DNA of 64,000 nt, from assembly GCA_030390025.1 (NCBI GenBank), contig CM059432.1, forward strand, positions 77,564,001 through 77,628,000, read 5' to 3'. Source of the stretch: Squalus acanthias. Taxonomy: Eukaryota. A program made the position numbers and the translations under genes. Positions 37,990-48,733 of the stretch are shown here, piece after piece; the first letter of the stretch is position 1; each line of letters begins with the position of its first letter. The notes beneath the pieces are model-generated. The model saw only the letters and a program-made list of their open reading frames with translations, was not told where the DNA came from and searched no databases.

Positions 37990-39950
37990 AAATGTTGTTC
38001 TTGGGACGTGGGTGACACTATCATGGGCCCCCTTTATTGCCCATCCTGAGTTGCCCTGAGAAGATGGCAATGGGCCCTCACCTTGAGCCGTTGCAGTCTG
38101 TGGGGTGATGGTGCTCCCACAATGTTGTCAGTTAGGGAATTCCAGGATATTGACTGAGGACTGATGAAGAAATGGTGGTATATGTCCAAGTCAAGAGGGT
38201 GTGTGACCTGGAGGGAAACTTGGAGTTGATGATCTTTCGATGATCTTGTTGCTCTTGGTGGTAGAAGTTACAAGGCTGGAAGGTGCTGTTGAAGTAACTT
38301 TGGTGAGTTGCTGCAGCGCATCCTGTAGATTGTACATACTGCAACCACACAGTGACGATGGTGGAGTGGATGGATATTGAATCCAGCAGCTGGGAATCAT
38401 CAGTCCAGCAGACTGCTCTGTACTGGATGATAAGAAGCTTCCTCATTATGGGTGGCTGTATCCATCTAAGCGAATGGTGAATTTTCCAACATACTTCTGA
38501 CTTGAGCCTTATAGATAGTGGAGAAGTTTGAGGGGTCAGGAGGTGAGTCACCAATCGCAGAATACCCTGTTTTTGACCTGCTCTTGTAGCCACATGGTTA
38601 ATATGGCTGGTCCAGTTAAGTTTCTCATCAGTGGTGACCCCCAGGAAATTAAGGTTGGGGGACTCAGTGATGGTGGTACTATTGATGCTCATGGGTAGGT
38701 GTCTGGGCCTTGTCTTTTTGGAGAAGATCATTGCCAAGCACTTATGTGACACAAATGTTACCTTGCCACTTGTCAGCCTATGTTTGCATGTTGTCCACGT
38801 CTTGCTGTAGGCCGGCATGGGCAGCTTCATGATCAGAGGAGATGTAAATGGAGCTGACCTTATGTTGAAGGAAAAGTCATTGATGAACATAGGAGCATAA
38901 GAAAGGAGTAGGCCATTCAGGCACTTGAGCCTGTTCCACCATTCAATTTGATCATTGCTGATCTGTACCTCAACCCCATTTATCCGACTTTGCTCCATGT
39001 CCCTTGATACCCTTACCTAACCAAAATCTATTGATCTCAATCTTGAAAATTTCAACTGACCCAGAATCCACAGCCTTTTGGGGAGAGTGTTCCAGATTTC
39101 CACTACCCTTTGAGTGAAAAATTGTTTCCTGATTGCACTCCTAAATGTCATAGCTCTAATTTTAAGATTACCCCACCTTGTTGTGCATTCCCCCCCCAGA
39201 CAAAATAGTTTTTTCTGTACTTACCCTATCGAATCCTTTTAACATTTTAAAGACATTGATTATATCACCCCTTAACCTTCTAAACTCAAGGGAATACAAA
39301 CCAGTTCATGCAACCTGTCCTCATAATTTAACCCTTTAAGCCCAGGTATCATTCTGGTGAATCTGCATAAGGCCAATATAAAGCAGCTGACGTTGGTTAA
39401 GACTGTGGATACTGCCCTGAGGAATTCCTGCAGCAGTGTCCCAGGGCCGCGATGATTGGCCTCCAACAACCACGAGCATCTTTCTGTGTGTCAGTTATGA
39501 CTTCAGCCACTTTGACCCCCAATGACCTCAGTTCTGCCGAGGCTCCTTGATGCCATACCCAGTTAAATGTTGCCTACATGTTGAGGACAGCTACTCCCAC
39601 CTCTACTCTGGCATTCAGCTCTTGAGTATTCAGCCTGTATCAAGCTCTCACAGAACCCAAGCTCAGCATCAGCGAGCAGGTTATTGGTGATTAGGTGTCA
39701 CTTCCTGGCACTATTAATGACTCCTTCCATCACTTTGCCGATAATTGGGAGGAGGATGAAAGGGCGCTAAATGACCAGGTTAGATTTCACCTGCTTTTCA
39801 TGGATTGGATATACCTGGGCAATTTTCACATTGTCGGGTAGATGACAGTATTGTGGCTGTACTACAATAGCTTGGCTACAGGGGTGGCTCATTTTAGGTT
39901 GCAGATCCTCCCCTCTACAACCAGGATATTTTTAGATCTCATAGCCTTTC
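37990..39950 (-). mobile_element. Older CR1-superfamily LINE (family 2), interrupted by CR1
   Basis: Degenerate RT/C-terminal translation (FLGVTTDEKLNWTSHINHVATRAGQK); colinear with 39975-41346. Confidence 0.8.
38887..39367 (-). mobile_element. CR1 LINE 3' fragment nested in family 2 LINE
   Basis: RFTRMIPGLKGLNYEDRLHEL; splits the host sequence gtcattgatga|agcagctg. Confidence 0.85.
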
Positions 39951-39974
39951 TCTCCTCCTTCCCCACCATGATAT

Positions 39975-41346
39975 TTTTATTCGTTCATGGGATGTCGACA
40001 TCGCTGGCAAGGGCAGAATTTATTGCCCATCCCTAATTGCCCTTGAGAAGGTGGTAATGAGCTGCCTTCTTGAACTGCTGCAGTTCGTGTGGTGAAGGTA
40101 CTCCCACAGTGCTGTTAGATGGGGAGTTCCAGGATTTTGACCCAGCGACAATGAAGGAATGGCGATATATTTCCAAGTCAGGATGGTGTGTGACTTGGAG
40201 GGGAGCTTGGAGGTGTTGGTGTTCCCATGCGCCTGCTGCCCTTGTCCTTCTAGGTGGTAGAGGTTGCGGGTTTGGAAGGTGCTGCTGAAGAAGCCTTGGT
40301 GAGTTGCTGCAGTGCATCTTGTAGATGGTACACACTGCAGCCATGGTGCGCTGGTGGTGGAGAAAGTAAATATTTATGTGGTGGATGGGGTGCCAATCAA
40401 GCGGGCTGCTTTGTCCTGGATGGTGTCGAGCTTCTTGAATATTGTTGGAGCTGCACTCATCCAGGCAAGTGAAGTGTATGCCATCACACTCCTGACTTGT
40501 GCCTTGTAGATGGTGGAAAGGCTTTGGGGAGTCAGGAAGTGAGACACCCACTGTAGAATACCCAGCCTCTGACCTGCTTGTAGCCACAGTATTTATGTGG
40601 CTGGTCCAGTTAATTTTCTGGTCAATGGTGACCTCCACGATGTTGATGGTGGGGGATTTGACGATGGTAATGCTGTTGTGTGTCAAGGGGCGATGGTTAG
40701 ACTCTCTCTTGTAGGAGATAGTCATTGCCTAACACTTGTGTGATGCGAATGTTACTTGCCACTATCAGCCCAAGTCTGAATGTTGTCCAGGTCTTGCTGT
40801 ATGCGGCATGGACTGCTTCATTATCTGAGGAGTTGCGAATGGAGCTGAACACTGTGCAGTCATCAGCGAACATCCCCATTTCTGACCTTATGTTGGAGGG
40901 AAGGTCATTGATGAAGCAGCTGAAGATGGTTGAGCCTAGGACACTGCCCTGAGGAACTCCTGCAGTGATGTCCTGGGGCTGAGATGATTGGCCTCCAACA
41001 ACTACAACCATCTTCCTTTGTGCTAAGTATGACTCCAGCCAGTGGAGAGTTTTCCCCCTGATTCCCATTGACGTCAATTTTACTAGGGCTCCTTGATGCC
41101 ACACTCGGTCAAATGCTGCCTTGATGTCAAGGGCAGTCACTCTCACCTCACCTCTGGAATTCAACTCTTTTGTCCATGTTTGGACCAAGGCTGTAATGAG
41201 GTGTGGAGCCGAGCGGTCCTGGCAGAACCCAAACTGAGCATCAGTAAGCAGGTTATTGGTGAGTAAGTGTCGCTTGATAGCATTGTCGACGACACCTTCC
41301 ACCACTTTGCTGATGATTGAGAGTAGACTGATGGGGCGGTAATTGC
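39975..41346 (-). mobile_element. CR1-superfamily LINE (family 2), RT domain to 3' end
   Basis: NYRPISLLS, QFGF, LDIKAAFDRVWH, GVPQGSVLG, FADD motifs; frameshifted. Confidence 0.93.
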
Positions 41347-41374
41347 TAGTATTTCCAGCATTTTCTATCATCTC

Positions 41375-41813
41375 AGAGGCCTTCCTTTACCTTCCGAGGT
41401 CTTGCAAGTTTCCAGCAGCACTCCCTGCACTCTTATTGCACCAAGCCACTACTTGAAAAAATTTTAAAAATCCAGTCCAAAATCTTAAATGCAAACTTAC
41501 CTGAAAGATATGTGTGTCACTTTAAGAAGGGCTGACAGCGTCTTTGACAGTCTGCTGAATGCTCACTTTTCAGAGTGAGCTTCGGATCCAGCGCTGAACT
41601 CAGTGTACAGACATGCGTCAACTTGGCATTGCACGCCGACTGACGTCACGCTTTCTTCATTTACATCTCCAGCACTGCTATCAGCAGTGCTAAGGCCCTC
41701 ACCAAATGGTGGCTGCCAAGTCCCGCTCAGAGAAGGGCGCTAGAATGGCGGCTGCTATTTTTCGCCAGGATAGTGTTGTAAACAGGTGGTGGAAGTAGCC
41801 CAATTTCTAGGCC
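41375..41813. mobile_element. Harbinger-type MITE right portion
   Basis: Ends AATTTCTAGGCC; GC-rich subterminal region. Confidence 0.5.
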
Positions 41814-42339
41814 ATAATGTGTAGACAGAGATAATCAGACACTCCATGAAATATAGTTCCTATAACTCCTGATGCCTCTTGAAAATAACTAGCTCAAATT
41901 GAATGGTGGAGAGGTGGGCGTAAATAGATATTCTGCAATTTTGCTTGATTATTTTTATGCAGAATTTTCCCTCAGGCAGTTAAAAAAAAAGTGGAATAGT
42001 CCATGACAGGGTAAACTGATTATTGTCGTGCAACAACTTGTCTGCTGACTGGTGGATTCTTTCAGTGGTGTACACCATCAAGCTGTCATCTCCCATCAAT
42101 TATTACTGAGATGTACCACATATTTTGTGATAGTCAAATATAGAGCATTATTTACTCCATTCATGTCAGTAGTCTTTTTCGTAAATATATTTAAGCAGAA
42201 ACATTAACTATATTCTGTACCCATTATCAATAAGAAATCAAACATATGTGAATTATTGAGTTACTGACAACTCTAGATTCTTTTGATTGAGCAAATAAAA
42301 GAAACTGTGATCATTTTAGCATAAAGCAGGATATGAATT

Positions 42340-43180
42340 TATCGCATGCACAATGCTAATTCCAGGCAGTAAAACCACATCACCAGTTTAATTTCACAGA
42401 ATTCAATCACATAAATTATAGTGCCAATTCCAAAAAGTTAGAACTCAACAATCAAGAGAATTAATTCTGCAGAATTGGGCTGCATGGTTTATATCACTGA
42501 TTGTAAAGAGTTAAACCATTGGTTACAGCAGTGATTCCACATATTTAAATCATCGAGATTACAACATTGAATTTGCAGAATGAAAATATTAGTGCTGATT
42601 TTGCAATATTAGATCACACGAAGTTCAGCACTCATTCTGCAGTTACACCACACTGTTTGAAGCACTGATTATTAATCATGTAAAACCACATGGATTAAAA
42701 TACCGAATTCACAGTTCATTTCTCAGAGTCACACCACACAGGTTACATAGAACTAAACCACACATGTGACAGCGCTGATTCCACTGAGTTAGATCACATA
42801 TAAATAGAATCATAGAATGATAAAGCACAGAAGGAGGCTATTCTGCCCATCGTGCTGTGCTGGATAACAGCATCAAATCTGGAGGATTAGATCATGCAGA
42901 GTGCAAAGTGAATTCCAGAGTGTTGGATTATAGTACTGATTCAGCAGAGTTACTTTACATGGATTACAGTGCTGATTCTGCATGTAAAGTCGCCTAGGCT
43001 ACAACGATAATTTTGTAGAATTAAACCACACAGATTACAGTGCTGATTGCACAGGTTCAATAAAGGATTACAGCACCAATTCTACAGAGTTACACCACAT
43101 GGATTACACGCCTAATGCTACAGAATTCAACTGAAAAGTTTCCAGTGTTAATTCTGCTGTTAATATACGTGGATTACTCC
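42340..43180 (+). repeat. Degenerate ~36-bp minisatellite
   Basis: Consensus approx GGATTACAGTGCTGATTCTGCAGAGTTAAACCACAT; unit starts near 42961, 42997, 43032, 43065, 43101, 43171. Short CR1 tail embedded at ~42805-42863. Confidence 0.75.
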
Positions 43181-43282
43181 AACAATGCTGAAGACAGACG
43201 GGCAAGTCATATAGAAACCATCATTATACGGCCACATTATCCTCATTTTCTTATTTTCAAAATATAAGTACTTTATTTTATT

Positions 43283-43633
43283 AATTCACGGATGTGGGCA
43301 TCGCTGGCAAGGCCAGCATTTATTGCCCATCCCTAATTGCCCTTGAGAAGGTGGTGGTGAGCCGCCTTCTTGAACCGCTGCAGTCCGTGTGGTGAAGGTA
43401 CTCCCACAGTGCTGTTAGGTAGGGAGTTCCAGGATTTTGACCCAGCGACGATGAAGGAACAGCGATATATTTCCAAGTCAGGATGATGTGTAACTTGGAG
43501 GGGAACTTGCAGGTGGTGATGTTCCTATGCGCCTGCTGCCCTTGTCCTTCTAGGTGGTCGAGGTCGTGTGTTTGGGAGGTGCTGCCGAAGAAGCCTTGGC
43601 GAGATGCTGCAGTGCATCTTGTGGATGGTACAC
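43283..43633 (-). mobile_element. CR1-superfamily LINE (family 2) 3' fragment
   Basis: Closely similar to 39983-40333. Confidence 0.88.
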
Positions 43634-43843
43634 ATTACAATTATAAAGAAAGAGAAAAATTATCACGAACTTGTGTTGAACATTCTGTTTTGATTCTATT
43701 TTATCGTCCTAACGACACCTTGTGTATGTATAATATGCAAAAAGAAATTCAAAAATCAAAGTGGGTTATGGTGGGTTATCTGCCAAGTTAATTGCCCTAA
43801 TAATAGAGCCAGGAGAGGAGGCAAAATCCACTAGAGTCATTAA

Positions 43844-44550
43844 CGGGAAGATTTTAACTCCCCCGGGATGGGTGACACAGTGTCGGGGCAGGGGGGGGGG
43901 GGGGTTCATTTGTTAAAAATGGGAAATCTGACCCCAACCCGCCACGAACTGGTTTAACAGTAGCAGGTTTGTGGTCGGCTGAGTAACCCGCTCTGGAGAG
44001 ATGGGTTGGTAATTATAATATTTAAATGAGGCTCCACGCCTCAGATTTTGTCAGAGATTTGGATTGAATGCCTCCAGTATTAAAAAAACCCGGCTGCTAA
44101 AGGGAGGCTGGAGCTGCCAGATCCAGCAGGTAGGTACATTTCCAGCACTACTTGTGGGCCAGGTGGAGCAGGATTGCTTCTCCCCGGCCCCTCAAGCACA
44201 CCTGCCGTGATCTGCCTCCCTCCCCGCGATCCAATCTTCCCTCCCCATGGAACTTCCGAACCCCTGCGATTTCTTCCCCCCGTGATCTCCGCCACGCTCC
44301 AAGCCCCCGCATTACCTACCTCTGATCATCTCGATTACCAAGGACTGTCCCCAGTGGGGACAGCCTTGTACTGCAGGCTTTCCCGCCCGTCAGCCAGCAA
44401 GCCTCCCAATCGGGCCGGCTGCCGGGCGGGAAACTGAGTAAACAAATTCTAATCTGCCAATAAATTTGGAAAGACCTTTGCATTCCTGGCATATCCCGGC
44501 CGCTGACAGGCACCCCACTCCCATCCCACCTCCCCGTAAATATCGGGGAC
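43844..44550. mobile_element. Harbinger-type MITE (707 bp)
   Basis: TAA on both flanks; termini CGGGAAGATTTT / GTCCCCGATATT (rc), degenerate; CpG-rich. Confidence 0.6.
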
Positions 44551-44854
44551 TAACTGTCAGTTTAACATCACTTCTAAATAACGAACCAGGTTATCAACCT
44601 CAAGCATTTGTAATCCTTTAAAATGCAGTAACAATATGGCGGCTCAATAATTCCAGTATAACTCATTGGACTATAAACCAATACATTTGAATCCTAGCCT
44701 CAGCTGGTGCTTGTCTGCCCAGATATACTTTGCATAAGTTTTGCCAATTCTTGGCTGAGTCAAAAGAAATGAAGGGCACTGTGCGACAACAGAGCCTTTA
44801 ACCATAAAGAGGGTGAAAACCCTGGCAGTTCCCGTCTGATCTCACAGAAGTATC

Positions 44855-47100
44855 ATAGGAACATAGGAACAGGAGTAGGCCGTTTAGCCTCTTGAGCCTG
44901 TTCTGCCATTCAATGAGATCATGGCTAATCTGTGACCTAACTCCATATATCCGCCTTTGTCCCATAACCCTTAATACGTTTAGTTAACAAAAATCTATCA
45001 ATCTCAGATTTAAAATTAACCATTGATCTAGCATCAATTGCCATTTGCGGAAGAGAGTTCCAAACTTCTACCAGCCTTTGTGTGTAGAAGTGTTTCTTAA
45101 TTTCCCTCCTGAAAGGTCTGGCTCTAATTTTTAGACTATGTGCCCTATTCATTGACTCTCCAACCAGCAGAAATAGTTTCTCTCTATCTAGAAGACACAA
45201 AAATCATACTAAAAATAGTGGGGAACTAAGGGGCTAATGAGAGTGAGGAACTTAAAGTAATTAAGATCAGTAGAGAAGAAGTACTTGAGAAACTAATGGG
45301 ACTAAAATCTGACAAATCCTCTGGACCAGATGGCCTACATCCTAGGGTTCTAAAAGAGGTGGCTGCAGAGATAGTGGATGCATTGGTTGTAATCTTCCAA
45401 AATTCCCCAGATTCTACAACGGTGCCAGTGGATTGGAAGGTAGCAAATGTAACCCTGCTATTCAAGAAAGGGTGGAGAGAGAAAAGAGGGAACTACAGGT
45501 CAGTTAGCCTGACATCAGTTGTCAGGAAAATGCTGGAATCCATTATTAAGATAGTGGTAACGGGCTACTTAGAAAATCATAGTATGATTAGGCAAAGTCA
45601 ACATGGTTTTATGAAAGGGAAATCGTGTTCAACAAATTTATTAGAGTTTTTTGAGGATGTAACTAGCAGGGTAGATAAAGGGGAACCAGTGGATGTAGTA
45701 TATTTGGATTTCCAAAAGGAATTCAATAAGGTGCCACATAAAAGGTTGCTACGCAAGATAAGGGCTCATGGGGTTGGGGGTAATATATTAACATGTATAG
45801 AGGATTGGTTAACGGACAGAAACCAGAGAGTAGGGATAAATGGGTCATTTTCAGGTTGGCAGGCTGTAACTAGTGGGGTGCAGCAAGGATCAGTGCTTGG
45901 GCCTCAGCTATTTACAATCTATATTAATGACTTAGATGAGGGAACCAAGTGTAATGTATCCAAGTTTGCTGACGATACAAAGCTAGGTGGGAAAGTAAGC
46001 TGTGAGGAGGTCACAAAGAGCCTGCAAAGGGATATAGACAGGTTAAATTAGTGGGCAATAAGGTGGCAGATGGAGTATAATGTGAGGAAATGTGATATTA
46101 TTCACTTTGGTAGGAAGAATAGAAAAACAGAATATTTTTTAAATGGTGAGAAACTAATAAATGTTGGTGTTCAGAGAGATTTAGGTGTCCTCGTACAGGA
46201 AACACAGAAAGTTAGCATGCAAGGACAGCAAGCAATTAGGAAGGCAAATGGCCTTTATTGCAAGAGGGTTGGAGTACTAGAGTAAGGAAGGCTTACTACA
46301 ATTGCACAGGGCTTTGGTTAGACCACACCTGGAGTAATGTGCACAGTTTTGGTCTCCTTTTCTGAGAAAAGACATTCATGCCTCAGAGGTGGTGCCACAA
46401 AGGTTCACTAGATTGTTCCCTGGGATGAGAGGGTTGTCCTGTGAGGAGAGATTGAGTAGATTGGGACTATACTCTCTGGAGTTTAGAAGAATGAGAGGTG
46501 ATCTCATTGAAACATCTAAGATTCTGAGGGGGATTGACAGAGTAGATGCTGAGAGGTTGTTTCCCCTGGCTAGAGAGTCTAGAACTCGGGGGTATAGTCT
46601 CAGGATAAGGGGTCAGCCATTTAAGACTGAGATGAGGAGGAATTTCTTCACTCAGAGGGTTGTGAATCTTTGGAATTCTCTACCCCAAAGGGCTGTAGAT
46701 TTTGAGTCATTGAGTATATTCAAGGCTGAGATAGATAGATTTTCTGACTCTAGGGCAATCAAGGGATATGGAGATTGGGCGGGAAAGTGGAGTTGAGGTC
46801 GAAGATCAGCCATGATCTTATTGAATGGCGGTGCAGGCTCGAAGGGCCATATGGCCGACTCATGCTCCTAATTCTTATGTTCTTATGTTCTTACCCTATC
46901 TGTTCCTCTTGAAAACGTCGATAAAATCACCCCTTAACCTTCTAAATTCCAGGGAATACCACCCTAGTTTGTGTAATCCCTCCTCATAATTTAACCCCTG
47001 GAGTCTGGGTATCATTCTGATAAACCTGCACTCCCTCCAGGCCCAATATATCCTTCCTAAGGTGTGGTGCCCAGAACTGCTCACAGTACTCCAGGTATCC
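44855..47100 (-). mobile_element. CR1 3' fragment (44855-45190 plus 46893-47100) split by a younger CR1
   Basis: The halves rejoin as tctctatcta|ccctatctgttc, matching the intact copy at 56965-56988. Confidence 0.88.
45191..46892 (+). mobile_element. CR1 LINE, 5'-truncated, RT domain
   Basis: [44 protein letters not shown]; tail (ttcttatg)n. Confidence 0.95.
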
Positions 47101-47305
47101 CTTCTGTTGCCCAACCTGGTAGTGAGGGCAATCATAGAGAGGTCTGTGGTATAGGCCATGGCTATCCCAATCCACTAACTGAAGGTGGATAGGTGACCAT
47201 AAAATGCACAACAGTGATCATCAATGTAGATGAAATATTTATCCTTCTATCCTTCATCTTTATGGGTTCAAGTTTCATTCCAGGATTTGAGTGTATAATG
47301 TAGAC

Positions 47306-48733
47306 CAGGGTTGGGCAATTATTTGGGCTGGAGGGCCAATAACAAGTTTTGGTGAGCTGCTGAGGGCCGTACACCGATGTTCCCCCCAAGGTGCGCGGCC
47401 GCACGGTCACGCAGCAATTGTGAGGTCTCGCGCAGGCCGCTCACTGGCTCCTGCCGCTGGAAGAGATACCACGCAGCAAATTTAAAGGGACTGCACACGT
47501 TGGTGAGAGCAAAGTGTAAAATTGGTAAATTTGAAACATGCCAACCCATGGTGTTGATCATCACTCCCACTTGCACCCTCCCAATAATTTATAAACAAAA
47601 ATTCAGATAGTAGTCAGATACTATTTTAAATACACAAAATGTAGTGTAAAATAGTAAAATCTTCCAGTACTAAATGAATGAAATGATTGATCGATCGATC
47701 GATTATATGTTGTACTGAAAGTCTACGTGACTGTTTGGCAGAGCGCTCGAGTCTGCAGGGCCTCCGACGTGAGAGGTGTTCTCTTTTTAGTGTGCTGAGT
47801 ACGGGAGCCCGAGGCTTCGCAAGGCCTGAACAACAATCGCGTGCCATTACCGGGATCCACTCCTGTGTCTAAGACGGCGATGCGAACCCCCCTGCCATCG
47901 GACTCCGGGTACCGGGAGAGGAAAGACGCAGGGCCGGTCTCTTTCTTCGGTAAAAGAGTCATCGAGATGAGCAGCCATGACTCGACTCAGACTAATGTGC
48001 AGCTCGAGTTCCAGCTCATGGGCCGTATTTTGCCCACCCTGGGATAGAAGCTCCCCCGCTCTTTACTGTGAAACTCCCAGAAATGGCAGGGACCCGACGT
48101 AACTGGGTCTGCGCCAGAGTTACGCCAGGAGACTGGCGGTACCCCCGTGGAATTCAGACATCACCTTTCACCCAATTGCACCAATAAACAAAAATAGCAT
48201 TTTATAACTCACTGGAATGAAATCAAGCCCAGGACTAATTTTGAATTAGTCGCTAAAATTCCTTTAGAAACTAGTTGAGACTAATAACTCGCTGCTAGTT
48301 TTTTAAAATGTTCTAAGTCAACAATCTTCCAATCGATTCGATTGTGTCAATTCCGAGTCATATTGCCAATGACGTTATTTTAACTATTTAAACTATTTAT
48401 GTTATCCTGCATTTATCTGGAAAGTTTGCACAGATATATAAAACTGAACTCACAAACCGTGAGTAACTTGCCTTTCACATTGCAGTGACGGAGCAGAAAC
48501 TGGGGTTTCGGGTGTGATAACGACACTTTGATGCAGCGAACAGCAGATTCGATTTGCCCGCCTCTGTTTCTGGTTATGACTCCCCTGCTGCCTCGGAGAC
48601 AATGACCCACCCCCTGATGGTACGTGGGGCAGGGTCAGGCTAGGGTTCGGCCTCAAGACCAGGCTTTGGCGGGCCGGATTGAATCCATTGGCAGGCCGGA
48701 TACGGCCCACGGGCCATATTTTGCCCGTCACTG
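47306..48733. mobile_element. Non-autonomous hAT (Charlie-like) element carrying captured host DNA
   Basis: TIRs CAGGGTTGGGCAA / CAGTGACGGGCAA (rc); 8-bp TSD ATGTAGAC / ATCTAGAC; typical subterminal GGGCCGGAT...GGCCCACGGGCC motifs; no transposase. Confidence 0.88.
47849..47978 (-). pseudogene. TPP2: Captured 5' coding fragment of tripeptidyl-peptidase II
   Basis: [36 protein letters not shown] matches remembered human TPP2 N-terminus [36 protein letters not shown] at 32/36 positions. Upstream ATG (47978) MAAHLDDS is out of frame, consistent with a short deletion. Confidence 0.88.

Noticed and set aside
34358..41813. A single 7.4-kb composite element bounded by perfect GGCCTAGAAATT inverted repeats
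   Set aside because: Flanks (GCT vs ATA) give no TSD, and such termini are common in this window; independent fragments are more likely.
47723..47962. Functional TPP2 gene
   Set aside because: Similarity stops after DPG, the probable native ATG is out of frame, no further exons are seen, and it lies within hAT ends.
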